A stretch of 60,038 bases of DNA, filler included, from Stramenopiles sp. TOSAG23-3 (Eukaryota), in assembly GCA_900128585.1 (NCBI GenBank). It is 13 parts of 13 records of this genome, joined end to end, with 100 filler letters (N's around TTAATTAATTAA, not from the genome) between each part and the next. Parts side by side here need not be neighbours in the genome. Positions count along the whole stretch, not along the records: positions 9,281 to 13,818 come from LT643789.1; positions 13,919 to 18,451 come from LT643790.1; positions 18,552 to 23,077 come from LT643791.1; 10 more parts are not named here. One strand, written 5' to 3'. Position 1 is the first letter of the stretch. Each line of letters starts with the position of its first letter. The position numbers and the translations under genes were made by a program. Below the pieces are notes generated by a model, which had not been told where the DNA came from, searched no databases, and saw only the letters and a program-made list of their open reading frames with translations. This document shows, in pieces, positions 10,650-21,689 of this stretch.

Positions 10650-13403
10650 TTAAATAAACATGCACGAGACGTCCCTCGAATACTTCCCTCTTCGCTTGCC
10701 GAAGTCGCGTCCTGTGCCATCTTCGTTAGAGACCTTGATCCCACGAACTTTATTTTCCTCAAAGGACGGGTAATACATGACTAGCTGGTCCGCCGCGTAC
10801 CGGTGCAAATCATTGTAAATTCCCCAGTGGGCAGCACGGACTTTTCGAGCAGGGTGAAACAGCCCTGCAGCTGCGTATTGAAATATCCGACCAGCACCCA
10901 GACTAGTTCGCAGCCCTGAAATTCCCTCATGCACCGCTTTTATCACATGTGGAGATTGTTCGTAAATATTTGGCCACAAGTGATTCAACAGATGCAGCAG
11001 CATGTCCTCACACCCGAGGCCTTCCACGTCTAAAGTGAGATGCTTGGTTGCCGTGGACGCAATCTGACGATGCACCGCATCCTTGTGGCTGAGGGCATCG
11101 ATGAGGAGGGAGAGAATAGCGCCAATGTATTCTTTCCCCATTTCTCCAATGTACTCGAAGAGGAACGACAAAGTCTTCAACACACCGTTTTGCAGATTAT
11201 TTTCTGGGATACGGTACTCGTTCATCATCGCAGGCAAAACAGTGTACGGGCCGCAGCTCTCGGCAACAATGGCGATCGCAACCGTCGTGGCCACGCGATT
11301 CTGCCTGTCCTCATTTTTCAGGTTGCGAAGTAGCGTGTACAGGACATCCTGCGGGCCAATGGCTTGCGCAATCTGACCAAACGTTCGAACTGCCGCGCGG
11401 CGGATCGACTTCCTCTTTGCTTTCAGCAGCTCAGTCAATTCTATACATACGCGCATCCATTCCCGAGGGGGCACGCACGCGCTCTCTCTATCGGCAATGC
11501 ACCCAATCACCCTGATGCAATTTTCTTGCACTTTCTCATGCCGGTTTCTAAAGATAGGAGTCAACGTCTGGACAACTTCTCCTATCGGGGGGTCAAAGTC
11601 TGATAGGTCCATTTGTGAAATCACGGAGTTCATGGCTTTCAAAATACTCCCCAGCACTTCCGGGTACTCTTCGCCATGGTATTCATACAAAATTTGCCCC
11701 AGTGTCTTGAGCATTTCTGCATCTTCGCATTCCCCAATCACAGGAGCAATAACCGATATGAGATCGGCTGCTTGCATCCGCACGTTCATGTCCTCGCTGC
11801 GAAGTCTCCATGTGATTATTCTATTCAGTTGCGGCAGGTAAGGTTTCGCTCGTTGCCCTAAGGTGGAGATTATTTTCTCAACTGCACTCAGCATGAGGGT
11901 CCCATCGTAGCGTTTGGTGGAGCGCATCTTTTGCTCCTGAAACGCATAGAGCGCCCCATCAACCATCTGCATTTCAATACTTTCGTTAACCCCGGAGTAT
12001 TCCCCAGATTCGAGGATGTCTTTCATTGCAATGGCAGCCATCAGCCGGAGAGGCTCGTTCTCGTCCTTCATCATCGGGGAGATCTTTGGCAACATGTCTT
12101 CCGTCCCGACCGTTCGAGCGATTCTCACAGTAGTCTCCGCGACCTCGCCCGCTAGCTTAACATCAAGCGCAATCTGCCGGGTCCAAAAATACTTCAAAAA
12201 CGCAGGGACGATGTCCGACCGGGTGAAGGCAACGGTTACCCCTTCCGTATCCAAACATTTTCGCAGCACCTGCAAGACCGCCAACTTCATCGTGTCATCG
12301 TGGGAGTTGAAATGTGGAATGATCACTGGGATTACCTCTTTTGCATTTTGCACGGCCAACTCAGTATCCATCAGCGGAATAATAAAACCTAGGGCCTTTA
12401 AAAAGGCAACGAGCCCCTTCCCTCGATACAGCCGTATCCCTTTCCACAGGGTCACTACAGACGCAGAAAACGAATCAAAACCGTACGGGTACGAAGCCTG
12501 GGCCAGCGACCCGAGCGAGAGCGCAGTGACGGTCCTGATGCTGATTTCTCTATTTAAAAGTCCGCCCTCGACGCAAGCGACCAGCTGCTTTAAGTACGGC
12601 AGCACGGCACAGCCCATCAAGACTGCGAGGTGCCGGACAACCAGAATCCCCGAGTGCTGCGCTTGCCAACTCTTCTTGCTCATGCAGACAGCCCGGATGA
12701 ACGGAAGGATCGCTGGAATCCCCAGCGTTTGGCCGACCACCGCGAGGGCCCGGGCGGTGGTATCCCGTACGTAAGGGTCGGCATTGTCGATGTCCGGCCT
12801 TAGCCTCGCTATAATTGTGGCAAGGCCTGCACTCTTTGTCAGGTTACTAATAATTTCAGACGCTTCAAGCCGAGCGTAATGGTCTTTGTCGATAAGCATC
12901 GGCTGGACGACAACCAGTATCTTTTTGACATGCGGGCGGATACGGCTTCCTAACTCCTCCACGACACGCCCTAGAATCCGCATTAGCCAGTGCCGTTCCT
13001 GGTCATCAATAGACGGGGCCATTAGCATCGGAATGATTGCTTTGAAAAATTCGGCTTGCGCATCCTCCTTTCCTGATCCTATTTTCTTCAGAACCCGGCG
13101 AATCGCAGGTTTTCTCACCTGGCTCGACCCGGTTGCTATATCTCTCAGCAAGTTCGGCAACGCGTTTTCGTCGACTTCCCCCTCCGCGTTAAGGACCTGG
13201 CCCGCCCCGGCGCCTTCCCCTACCGATGCCTGCGTGCCCGAGGCATCGTTCGATTCCGCAGACTCGATCGTCCGCAAGAATTCATCGTTCGTAAATACTA
13301 CTCTATAACCTATTGAAGGGAACAGCTCGTCCAAGGCGGCCGAAGTGCTCACTGCGGAAGCGACGGCTTCTCGGTTCATCATATATTGCGTGCAAGGGTT
13401 CAA
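10650..13403 (-). CDS. SF3B1: Splicing factor 3B subunit 1 (HEAT-repeat region)
   Basis: EIISNLTK.AGLA, SKKSWQA, ILMGCA-like VLMGCAVLP, GEEYPEVLGSIL, NRHEKVQENCI, REWMRVC.EL, IGPQDVL, NGVLK.LSFLFEYIGEMGK, GLFHPARKVR. Confidence 0.96.
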   Translation of the reverse strand: MNPCTQYMMNREAVASAVSTSAALDELFPSIGYRVVFTNDEFLRTIESAESNDASGTQASVGEGAGAGQVLNAEGEVDENALPNLLRDIATGSSQVRKPAIRRVLKKIGSGKEDAQAEFFKAIIPMLMAPSIDDQERHWLMRILGRVVEELGSRIRPHVKKILVVVQPMLIDKDHYARLEASEIISNLTKSAGLATIIARLRPDIDNADPYVRDTTARALAVVGQTLGIPAILPFIRAVCMSKKSWQAQHSGILVVRHLAVLMGCAVLPYLKQLVACVEGGLLNREISIRTVTALSLGSLAQASYPYGFDSFSASVVTLWKGIRLYRGKGLVAFLKALGFIIPLMDTELAVQNAKEVIPVIIPHFNSHDDTMKLAVLQVLRKCLDTEGVTVAFTRSDIVPAFLKYFWTRQIALDVKLAGEVAETTVRIARTVGTEDMLPKISPMMKDENEPLRLMAAIAMKDILESGEYSGVNESIEMQMVDGALYAFQEQKMRSTKRYDGTLMLSAVEKIISTLGQRAKPYLPQLNRIITWRLRSEDMNVRMQAADLISVIAPVIGECEDAEMLKTLGQILYEYHGEEYPEVLGSILKAMNSVISQMDLSDFDPPIGEVVQTLTPIFRNRHEKVQENCIRVIGCIADRESACVPPREWMRVCIELTELLKAKRKSIRRAAVRTFGQIAQAIGPQDVLYTLLRNLKNEDRQNRVATTVAIAIVAESCGPYTVLPAMMNEYRIPENNLQNGVLKTLSFLFEYIGEMGKEYIGAILSLLIDALSHKDAVHRQIASTATKHLTLDVEGLGCEDMLLHLLNHLWPNIYEQSPHVIKAVHEGISGLRTSLGAGRIFQYAAAGLFHPARKVRAAHWGIYNDLHRYAADQLVMYYPSFEENKVRGIKVSNEDGTGRDFGKRRGKYSRDVSCMFI

Positions 13404-13930
13404 CCAACCACCTAATTATACTTAATATAAATCGGATAAAAAATCACACTTTCCAAACAAATAAAAGGCAAGAGTACCCTATTCGTTTCCTTTAAAAACT
13501 GTTCTTGCCATAAAAATCATTCCCATCATTTACATCTACCCCTTCCTTCTCCAAACACGCACACAAAGAAAGAACACACATTTAAACTCTAATATTTTAA
13601 ACTCGTTCTATCTAATTTTTTATATACCACCACCCAATAATAATAATAATAATAATTTTAATTTTTTAAGCAGGAACTAATAACAGCAGCAGAGAAGAAG
13701 AAGAAGAAGAAGAAGAGGCAGCGGAGACCAAATTAATAAAAAAAATAATAATAAATAATAATATTTACTTACTGCTGTACTAGCTGTAATAATCGTCTGT
13801 TTTATATAATAATTATTANNNNNNNNNNNNNNNNNNNNNNNNNNNNNNNNNNNNNNNNNNNNTTAATTAATTAANNNNNNNNNNNNNNNNNNNNNNNNNN
13901 NNNNNNNNNNNNNNNNNNACGACGAAGCTA

Positions 13931-14453
13931 AATTTAATTACTTAAATAACAGCCAATTTTCTTGTTTAAAAAATAACAGCCAATTTTCTTGTTTTTATTT
14001 ACAATATGTGTATAAAAAGAAAAAAGAAGGTGTCAGTTCAATAACAATATCTCCTCCTATTGAAGATCCTCCCCAAGTTCTGGTCAAGATTTCAATTGAT
14101 TGGTCTTAAAAGTACACGGCGGCATAAATGTTTAAAGGGGGCTCGTTGTCTGTGGTACTGCTCAATGAAACAATGATCGGTATTGAGTTTGATCGTTTCC
14201 TGTTCGTATACACATACAGATGTAAGTGTACCTTCTGGGAATCCTCAACGGCAATGTTATTGAGGTATTTAAAACATTACTTCCTTCTTGTACTGTGATT
14301 TGTTTCTGCTCAAAAAAATAATCAATTTCCTCTTATCCTGTAGTCTTCACTATCCTCATCGTGTGAAGTCCATTCGTGATCAGAATCGATATTTAGATTT
14401 TCGACGATTTCAAATGACCCAAAGTCGACTTCTTATCCCTGTGTCTCGCTCAT
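13931..14453. mobile_element. Cluster of the AAATAACAGCC inverted-repeat family: two motif copies, module E (+), modules C/B (-)
   Basis: 13931..14117 closely matches 59885..60038. 14270..14453 is a reverse copy of the peptide module. Confidence 0.7.
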
Positions 14454-14624
14454 AACATATTATATCTTCTTCATATATCACGAAAGTGAATCTGCTCCTT
14501 TTGTCCATATCAATAAAAATCTAAATTCGCAAATTAGTTAAAGTAATTTATCGGCCTTTCAAAAGCAATTAGTTCGTTTGTTGTTTTACCAATTAGCACG
14601 ATCAACTGACCAACTATACAAAAC

Positions 14625-17600
14625 CTAACTATAAAAAGTCAGCACATTCTTCTGATTCCCTCTTAAAAAACAGATCGGTGGACGCCCTTTCCCTTCCCCC
14701 GCTCCAACGACAGCCTCCAACCAAACCAAATATTCTTCTGCGGTGAGTTTCTCTGGGACAGCTGGGAACGGCAGAGTAACGTAGACAAAAGTTGCATCAG
14801 AAACCGATTTTTTCTGGACAACCTCCCCTACGCGCAAATATCGTTTCAGTTTGGATGCATAATTTGATGATCTGTCGGCCATCTTGTCAGTGTACTTCGC
14901 CAACGCTGCAACCGAAGGTTTCTTGTACATATCAAACGGTTCAACGCTCCATACAGGAATACGAAATTTGTGAATCATATGAAGAACTTGGGCTGCAGTT
15001 TGGGCATTCATGCTGGCAGAGCTGTGAAGAAAAACTCGAAGTCTGCACTTTCGATTCCAAGCCTTCCATATACTGTGTATGTAACCGATCAACAAGATGG
15101 CCCCACCCGTGTCCGCGAGCCAATAGACATCTATAATAGGCTCTTTCCCCCCGGTTGTCTTGCCCCCAACAAATCGCGAAGCCCAGTTTGTTGTCCAATT
15201 TGGTGCATAGATAAGGCCTGCACCATATCTTAGCCGAAGCGCATTACCAATAATCTCCACATAATCCCCGGCAGTTATACCATCGCGTTCCTTTGTTTTA
15301 TCTTTGAAGGAACTATTAAGCAGCAAGGGCATAATTAGCATATTTGGCCTCATTGCGCCAACACCAGCACTTTGCAGCAGCTGGGTGACACCGTGGGGTA
15401 CGGTATCCGATACAATAGTTTCAACCAAAATATCTGACAGTGCTCCATTTGCTTCTTCTTTTACGGTTCCTCCATCCATATCTGTCGTGTTAGCATTGCC
15501 CGCAATTGTCCCAGACTTCTTCTTCTTGCTGTCCTCTTCGTTGTCACCAAAAACCTCGCTTCTGCTACGAAATAGGCTCATAGTTTCATCTTGCAATTCA
15601 GTTGAACTTTTTAGGATAGCTACAGTGTTTTGTCTTTCAATTACTTGTGACGGCTTTACATATTCATATGCATGCCTTATACGTTCGTGCGGCATCATTC
15701 TACGGCGCTCCCGTAGAGTGTCACCCATTTCGTCAAACGAGCCCACCAGCACATCCGCCAAAATGTTCAGCCCATTGCCTTGTTTTAATTGTTGGGACCA
15801 CCATATGAGAACGCCTTTGTACTCCTTCTGCAGCTATTAATTGAAAGTACTTGTTAGATAGTGTTGAGTGGAGACTTTCGAGAGAGTCGATACTTACCGG
15901 CGATATTAAGTAAATAGGACGCCATGTTTTCGCATGCCTCTGCAAGCTCATTTTTTCCAAACGAATCATGCTTTTTCGAGCTATTTGCCATTTCATCCCT
16001 TGCTCTGCTGCCCCCCAGTTAACTTCTGGTGCTTTTTGCTTCATGTAATAATACAGCCCACTGCCGATACCTAGGGTGATCAGTGCTTGGAACCAACTAA
16101 TTGCAAACATAACAACAACGCACAGCAACGATGTGCACAATGAAACGTATGGGTTGTAGTATTTATACGTAGGCCTCCACCCTGGACTTTGAGACTGGTG
16201 CGCAGCAAAGCATGCAAAATTTATTAACGTCCTCGTCGCCAAAAAAAAGTTTGTGATCAAAGGGGCGATAGTGTTCAGGTCGCCTATCAGAACACCCGCA
16301 CACGCCACGCCGACAGCCAATACGTATCCGCGAATGGGCTCGTTGTCTCTCTCCCGTCCCTTTGCGAAGTACTGCAAGGGCTGAAACAGCTCATCTTCGC
16401 ACACTGCTTTCAAAATGCGTGGCGCGCCAATCAGTCCCGCCAACGCGCTACTGAGTGTTGAAGCGAATATGCCGACGATTACCAAAGGGGACCAAACAGC
16501 GATCCGAATCATCAAAATAGAGTCGTCGTACAGGCCACCATCCTCCGCACTACGCGAGCAAGTGGCACCAAGTAGCCACAAAATTAGCATGTAAACTAAC
16601 GACGCTACTAGCACAGCCAACGACGTCCCAAAAGGAAGCGACTTTTGTGCATCCTTTAATTCCCCCGAGATGTTCGCGCCCGCCATCATTCCAGTCATTG
16701 CCGGGAAAAAAATAGAAAACACCGACATGAAATTTTCCCCTGATGGTTGGTTGACGGTTGGCCTGTAATCTGGCAGCCAATTCGTTGCAAAGGTGTGCGA
16801 ACTAAAGCTAGTGAACCCCCAACTGTCCCTTTTTTCCGTCGTAAACGTACCCACAACGAACGCCAGAATGCCAATAACGAGGAACAGCAACTGAAAAAGG
16901 TCAAATTTCACTACCCAAGCCGAACCTAGGCAGGCAAGCCCGAGCAAAAGAAACAGTGCAATGAATGCAATCATTCTGATATCAAAGCCTCGGTTAACGA
17001 CAAACCCGCCCTCGCTGTACAAACCAACAAGCGTTTCTGCAAAGCCGACCAAATACATTGATATTGAAATTGCATTGGCCAAAGAAAAGATCAATCCGAT
17101 AGAACCACCATAAGCAGCCCCCAGAGACCTACTGATAAGAAAGTACGCCCCCCCCCCTTCAACCTCCCCGTTCGTCGCTATTGCGCTAAGACTGGTGGAA
17201 GTCAAAATGGACAGAAAGAAGGATAAAAAAATTATGAGCGTTCCGTGGAAAACACCTGCGTGGGCGACAACAAATCCCATCCGAAGAAACATTATCACCC
17301 CCCAAATATTGAGCAAGCAACGGGCAACAACACCATCAAACGTTCCAAATCTTTTTTGTTCTGTTAGTTTCTTCCGGGCTGCTTTCACAGCTTCCACAGC
17401 CTCCAAACGTTGTTTCAGTACCGAAGACGGCTTCCCAGCGAGGACGAGAGTCGCATGCCCAGGCCGAATTTGAACGGTCCCTTCGTTGTTGTATAAATAG
17501 TTGTCCACATTCGGCATCAATTCGATTGTATTGGCATACCCAGTGGCATAACCCGCGTCAATGGTTCCCTGGTTGCCGGGAGGGCTTTCAACGCTAACGT

Positions 17601-17664
17601 CCACGCTAACGTCGATGGTGTCGACAACGAGTGTGTCAAGGGTGCCAGCTGATTGATCAGCCAT
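14625..17664 (-). CDS. SLC12 cation-chloride cotransporter, two exons (17664..15898, 15833..14625)
   Basis: FGTFDGV..RCLLNIWGVIMFLR, GGGAYFLISRSLG, FFPA.TG.MAGANISGEL, SPGWRP, RGNQ.NVLTFYS. A 64-bp intron at 15834..15897 (GTAAGT..CTAAC..TAG) restores the frame. Confidence 0.93.
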
Positions 17665-18551
17665 AGTTTGTTGTTTCAAAGTTTCAGTTTTCAAAAAACA
17701 GTCAATGCAATGGAGTGACAAGAGCAAATTATTAGGTAGATTCTTAGGTGAACCTGTTTTAATATTTCTCGACGAATGAAGAAAACAGGGGTAGTAGCAA
17801 TATTAAAACAGAGTGGTCCAACGTTCCTCGAAAAAGGTTGAAAAGGTCAGGTGTAGTAGTATGAGAAGAAATGTTTTTTTTCTTATTCTTCTTCTTATTA
17901 TTTATACGACGACACAAACGTCGTTGTTGTATAATACATATATTAGACACTATAATATATTATTTATTCGGAATTAACTAGAACGACTAATAGCCTAAAT
18001 AGTGGCTCGGAAGCTTCGCTTCAGCTCCAAGGCGAAAGCCTACTGCATACCCTACTCTCAACACTAAACAATCACCTCTTCCTACAAAAAAAAAATTGAA
18101 GGTTAGGGTTAGGTGAATGTTTATTGAAATGTTGTAAACGTTTCAAATTAGAGATTAACTCTGGGTCAACTTTCAAAATACGCAACGTATTCGAAACCCT
18201 GAAACAATTTAACAACCCATTCGAGTGTATGCATCGTGTTGATCTAATTGATCAACTTATACTTGTGGTACACGTCGTCCAACTAGCACGCCCTGCTAGT
18301 CTTTACCTGTGTCGATAATATTATCGGATAATAAAATTCGTCGTCTTAGAGATGCGTTACCGGAGCCTCTAGCTGCTGGCAACGCTCTGATTCTCTGTGT
18401 CTTCATCCGAGGATATCACTACTAGGGTCGGGGCGATGCTGAGTTGCTGACNNNNNNNNNNNNNNNNNNNNNNNNNNNNNNNNNNNNNNNNNNNNTTAAT
18501 TAATTAANNNNNNNNNNNNNNNNNNNNNNNNNNNNNNNNNNNNNNNNNNNN

Positions 18552-18700
18552 TCTTCTTCTTCTTCTTCTTCTTCTTCTTCTTCTTCTTCTTCTTCTTCTT
18601 CTTCTTCTTCTTTCTTCTTTCTTCTTTCTTTCTTTTTTTTTCTTTTTTTTTCTTCTTCTTCTTTCTTCTCCTTCTTCCTTTTTTTTCTTTCCATAATAAT
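18552..18700. repeat. (TTC)n/pyrimidine microsatellite at contig end
   Basis: Direct observation. Similar tracts at 21394..21509 and 37047..37085, and (GAAA)n at 55334..55422. Confidence 0.95.
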
Positions 18701-19285
18701 AATTTTGTTGTTGTTGAATTCTTCTTCTTCTCCCTATGCTCTCCTGAACAATTCATCATCATCGATCATCGAAGAACAAAAAAAAATAATACAAATATTT
18801 TTATAATAAATAACAGGTTTATAGCATCAGGAACAAACCACAACAAATAATATATAATAAAAAAAAAGCCTTTTTTTTTCTTCTTTTTTTTCTTTCTTTT
18901 CTTTCTCTTTTCTTTCTCTTCTTCTTTTCTCTTCTTTCTTCTTTTTTCTTTTCTTCTTTTTTTCTTCGAGGAGGGTATTATAGTAGGTAGGAGGAGTATT
19001 ATTAATAATGCGGCGGCGGCGGCGGCGGAGCGAGGAGTAGTGTTTCCTTTCGCGTTCTTTTTTTTTTATCGTTTTTTGGTATTTTTATACGCGTGGTGGG
19101 TGTAAGTGTTAATATATAAATTTTTATATTGTACATTAGATAATATATATGGATTTGTTTGCAAGTATTGTTTACTTGTTTAGGGTTCGTTTCGTTTCGT
19201 GTTTAACTGGAACGGGCGTCATCACATAGATTTATATTTTCAAGGTTGGTACGTTCGGTACTCTTTTATTATTACTCTGTTCGCA

Positions 19286-21109
19286 ATGAGCGATTCGACG
19301 CCCTTCAATTTATTTGACTCGAAACCGCGAAAGAGTTTAGCAGCGGTGAAATACCATTTGTATTTTTCCAACGGCGGTGATGCAAGCGCGACGACCAACT
19401 TAAGCAGTGTCCGGGACGATTGCATAGATTATCTGAAAGAGTACACTGCACCGTACATATACCAAAATGAGCATTTCAACTTGAAGGTTTCTTCTTCTGA
19501 AACGTGCGAGGGTCTCCACTCCTTGGAGGGGTCTGTGAATTTTGGTGAAAACATAGACGATGAGTGGTTTGTAGTATTTTTGTTGTACCGTTTGTCGCTC
19601 TGGTCAAAGTACAATTTTTTTGTGAGGGTCGTGGATGAAGACGGCCAATTTTTGTTGATCCAGGCAGCGCTTAAAATTCCGTATTGGGCGAACCCGGGGA
19701 ACTGCGACAATCGCGTATTCTTGTACAGGGGTAGAATGCTATTGATCCCGTTGGAAGTTTTGCCCGGTTCGCCGATGTTGGTCAGTTGCCTCGAAGCTAC
19801 TCGTTCGTACATCGCGTCCACAACGGCAACTGGGCATTGTGCGGAGAGAGATGCTGCGCAAAAATTGTGGGATGCTGGCGACGGTGCAAACGAAGCCATG
19901 TTCGAGCGTGTGGGCGCCTTCCCAGCGAGTGTTTCGGCAAATATGCACAGGACTCATTTGTACGTCCCAAAAAAGTTAGCTCACGTTCTTCAGAAATGCC
20001 CTTCCCTGCTACCACACGCAGTAAATGCGTTTTACTTTCGAAACGCAGACGAAAGCAAGATATGTCAGGGTTTGGCGTCTTTCCCCCCTCAATCGTCCTC
20101 CGACAAGACCCGAGTCACGCTTCAGATGACCCGGTGCTTGTATGCACAGCTACGATTGCAACATTTAGAGCCACGCAGTCCCTCGTTCAGGGAGTTTTTT
20201 CCTGCAGACGCGGCCAAGAATCAGGATGAAACCCGTTGGTCGTCATTAGGGATGAAGCTCGCGTGCGGTTTTGAAATACTATATGAACAGCAACGTCGCC
20301 ACTCGTCAAACCTGTTCAATCATGGGAACGTTTCTATCAAAGGTGTGTTGGCTTCGTACACAGGGGAAGGCGTTGTCTCTCCGGCAGGAGTTGAAGATTC
20401 CGAAGAATGGATGACCCTGGATCCCCAACAGTTCGAAAAACATTTGAACGAAAACTACAGTGATCCCACCTTAGCAAAGGACACTGCAAATGCAAAGAAT
20501 GAGCAGGAGACTTTTGAGAGACAGGCCGTTGAGTTTAAGAACGAATTTAACAACTTTTTAAAAGGCGTTTCTGGAATCGATGGAATTGAGATCGCTGGCG
20601 ATACGGACCACGTAGAGGGTGCCAGTTCCGATGAGGAGGGGGAGGTGAACCCAGGCCCCGACGAGGGAATTAAGCTGGATGCCTCTAGATTTTTTAATAT
20701 TCTAAATTCGTTAAGTGGGGTGGCAGGGGATCAAACTATTCGCAACGACGGCGATGCTGGGGAAGGCGATGGGCTTACCGTGAAAGATTTTATGGATGCC
20801 ATGGACGAAGAGCTCAGCCATTCCACGGCAAGCAAAACATTTGCTCGCGCACCGACCGAGAAAATGCAGGCCAAAAGCAAAGATTTGGCCTCGGATGAAA
20901 AGAAGCCGAGCTCCCCCAACCAAGGAAGTAGCGCCACAGAACAATCCTACAATTTGGACCCCATCGATTTAGATTTCAATTTGGTATCTAGCTTGATGGA
21001 GTCTTTTCAGCACCAAAACGGCGTTGCGGGACCCGTAAGTAATTTATTCGGGGAAATGGGACTTCCCATTCCAAACGCTGATGGAAATCGGGAGACGAAT
21101 GCGGAGTAA
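19286..21109 (+). CDS. ECD: Ecdysoneless/SGT1-family protein
   Basis: FGENIDDEWFVVFLL, DEDGQFLLIQAA, NRVF, MTRCLYAQL, LGMKLACGFEIL, C-terminal D.NLV.SL.ES.....AGPVSNL. Confidence 0.88.
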   Translation: MSDSTPFNLFDSKPRKSLAAVKYHLYFSNGGDASATTNLSSVRDDCIDYLKEYTAPYIYQNEHFNLKVSSSETCEGLHSLEGSVNFGENIDDEWFVVFLLYRLSLWSKYNFFVRVVDEDGQFLLIQAALKIPYWANPGNCDNRVFLYRGRMLLIPLEVLPGSPMLVSCLEATRSYIASTTATGHCAERDAAQKLWDAGDGANEAMFERVGAFPASVSANMHRTHLYVPKKLAHVLQKCPSLLPHAVNAFYFRNADESKICQGLASFPPQSSSDKTRVTLQMTRCLYAQLRLQHLEPRSPSFREFFPADAAKNQDETRWSSLGMKLACGFEILYEQQRRHSSNLFNHGNVSIKGVLASYTGEGVVSPAGVEDSEEWMTLDPQQFEKHLNENYSDPTLAKDTANAKNEQETFERQAVEFKNEFNNFLKGVSGIDGIEIAGDTDHVEGASSDEEGEVNPGPDEGIKLDASRFFNILNSLSGVAGDQTIRNDGDAGEGDGLTVKDFMDAMDEELSHSTASKTFARAPTEKMQAKSKDLASDEKKPSSPNQGSSATEQSYNLDPIDLDFNLVSSLMESFQHQNGVAGPVSNLFGEMGLPIPNADGNRETNAE

Positions 21110-21462
21110 AAGTTTTACAGTCATCATTCATAGAATTTGAAGTTCATGTTAGTAGTTTTTTCGTTTTAGGATTTTCAAATGAATAGGTTCTGTCCCAATC
21201 TTTGATTGATTGCTGGATGATTCTTCTGAGTTTAATTGCGCTCCCAAAAAAAACATTTGTGCTGGAGGAGTTTTTATCTTTCGTGGTGGTAACAAGAATA
21301 TGGAAGATATATGATGCTAATAATGTATTTTCATTTTTTTGCCCTCCTCCTTCTTTCTCCCCGTGCTGCTGCCCCCCTCACCCCTCCTCCTCCTCTTCTT
21401 CTTCTTCTTCTTCTTCTTCTTCTTCTTCTTCTTCTTCTTCTTCTTCTTCTTCTTCTTCTTCT

Positions 21463-21494
<32 letters not shown>

Positions 21495-21689
21495 CTTCTT
21501 TTTTTTTTTCGGGGAGGATCTCAGTTTCTTTTTGAGTTGAAAGCTGCATTGATGATGTATTCAGCAACCGATAGAAATAGTTCGCGCGATAAATTACACC
21601 ACACCATAATAAATAATGATTTGACGTAATTTAAAGCCTTTGCTGTACCCAGCATAGCTTAGCAACCCCTTTGCACAATACCAGGCGCA

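Noticed and set aside
12016-12774. Long antisense or overlapping ORFs (also 37924..38658, 52383..53201, 54336..54935)
   Set aside because: Shadows of real genes on the opposite strand with no independent motifs.
15733-15900. Apparent frameshift splitting the SLC12 gene
   Set aside because: Explained by a canonical 64-bp intron.
21202-21629. Poly-S/L/F/R/K/E ORFs here and at 18496..18762
   Set aside because: Translations of (TTC)n and poly-T microsatellites.
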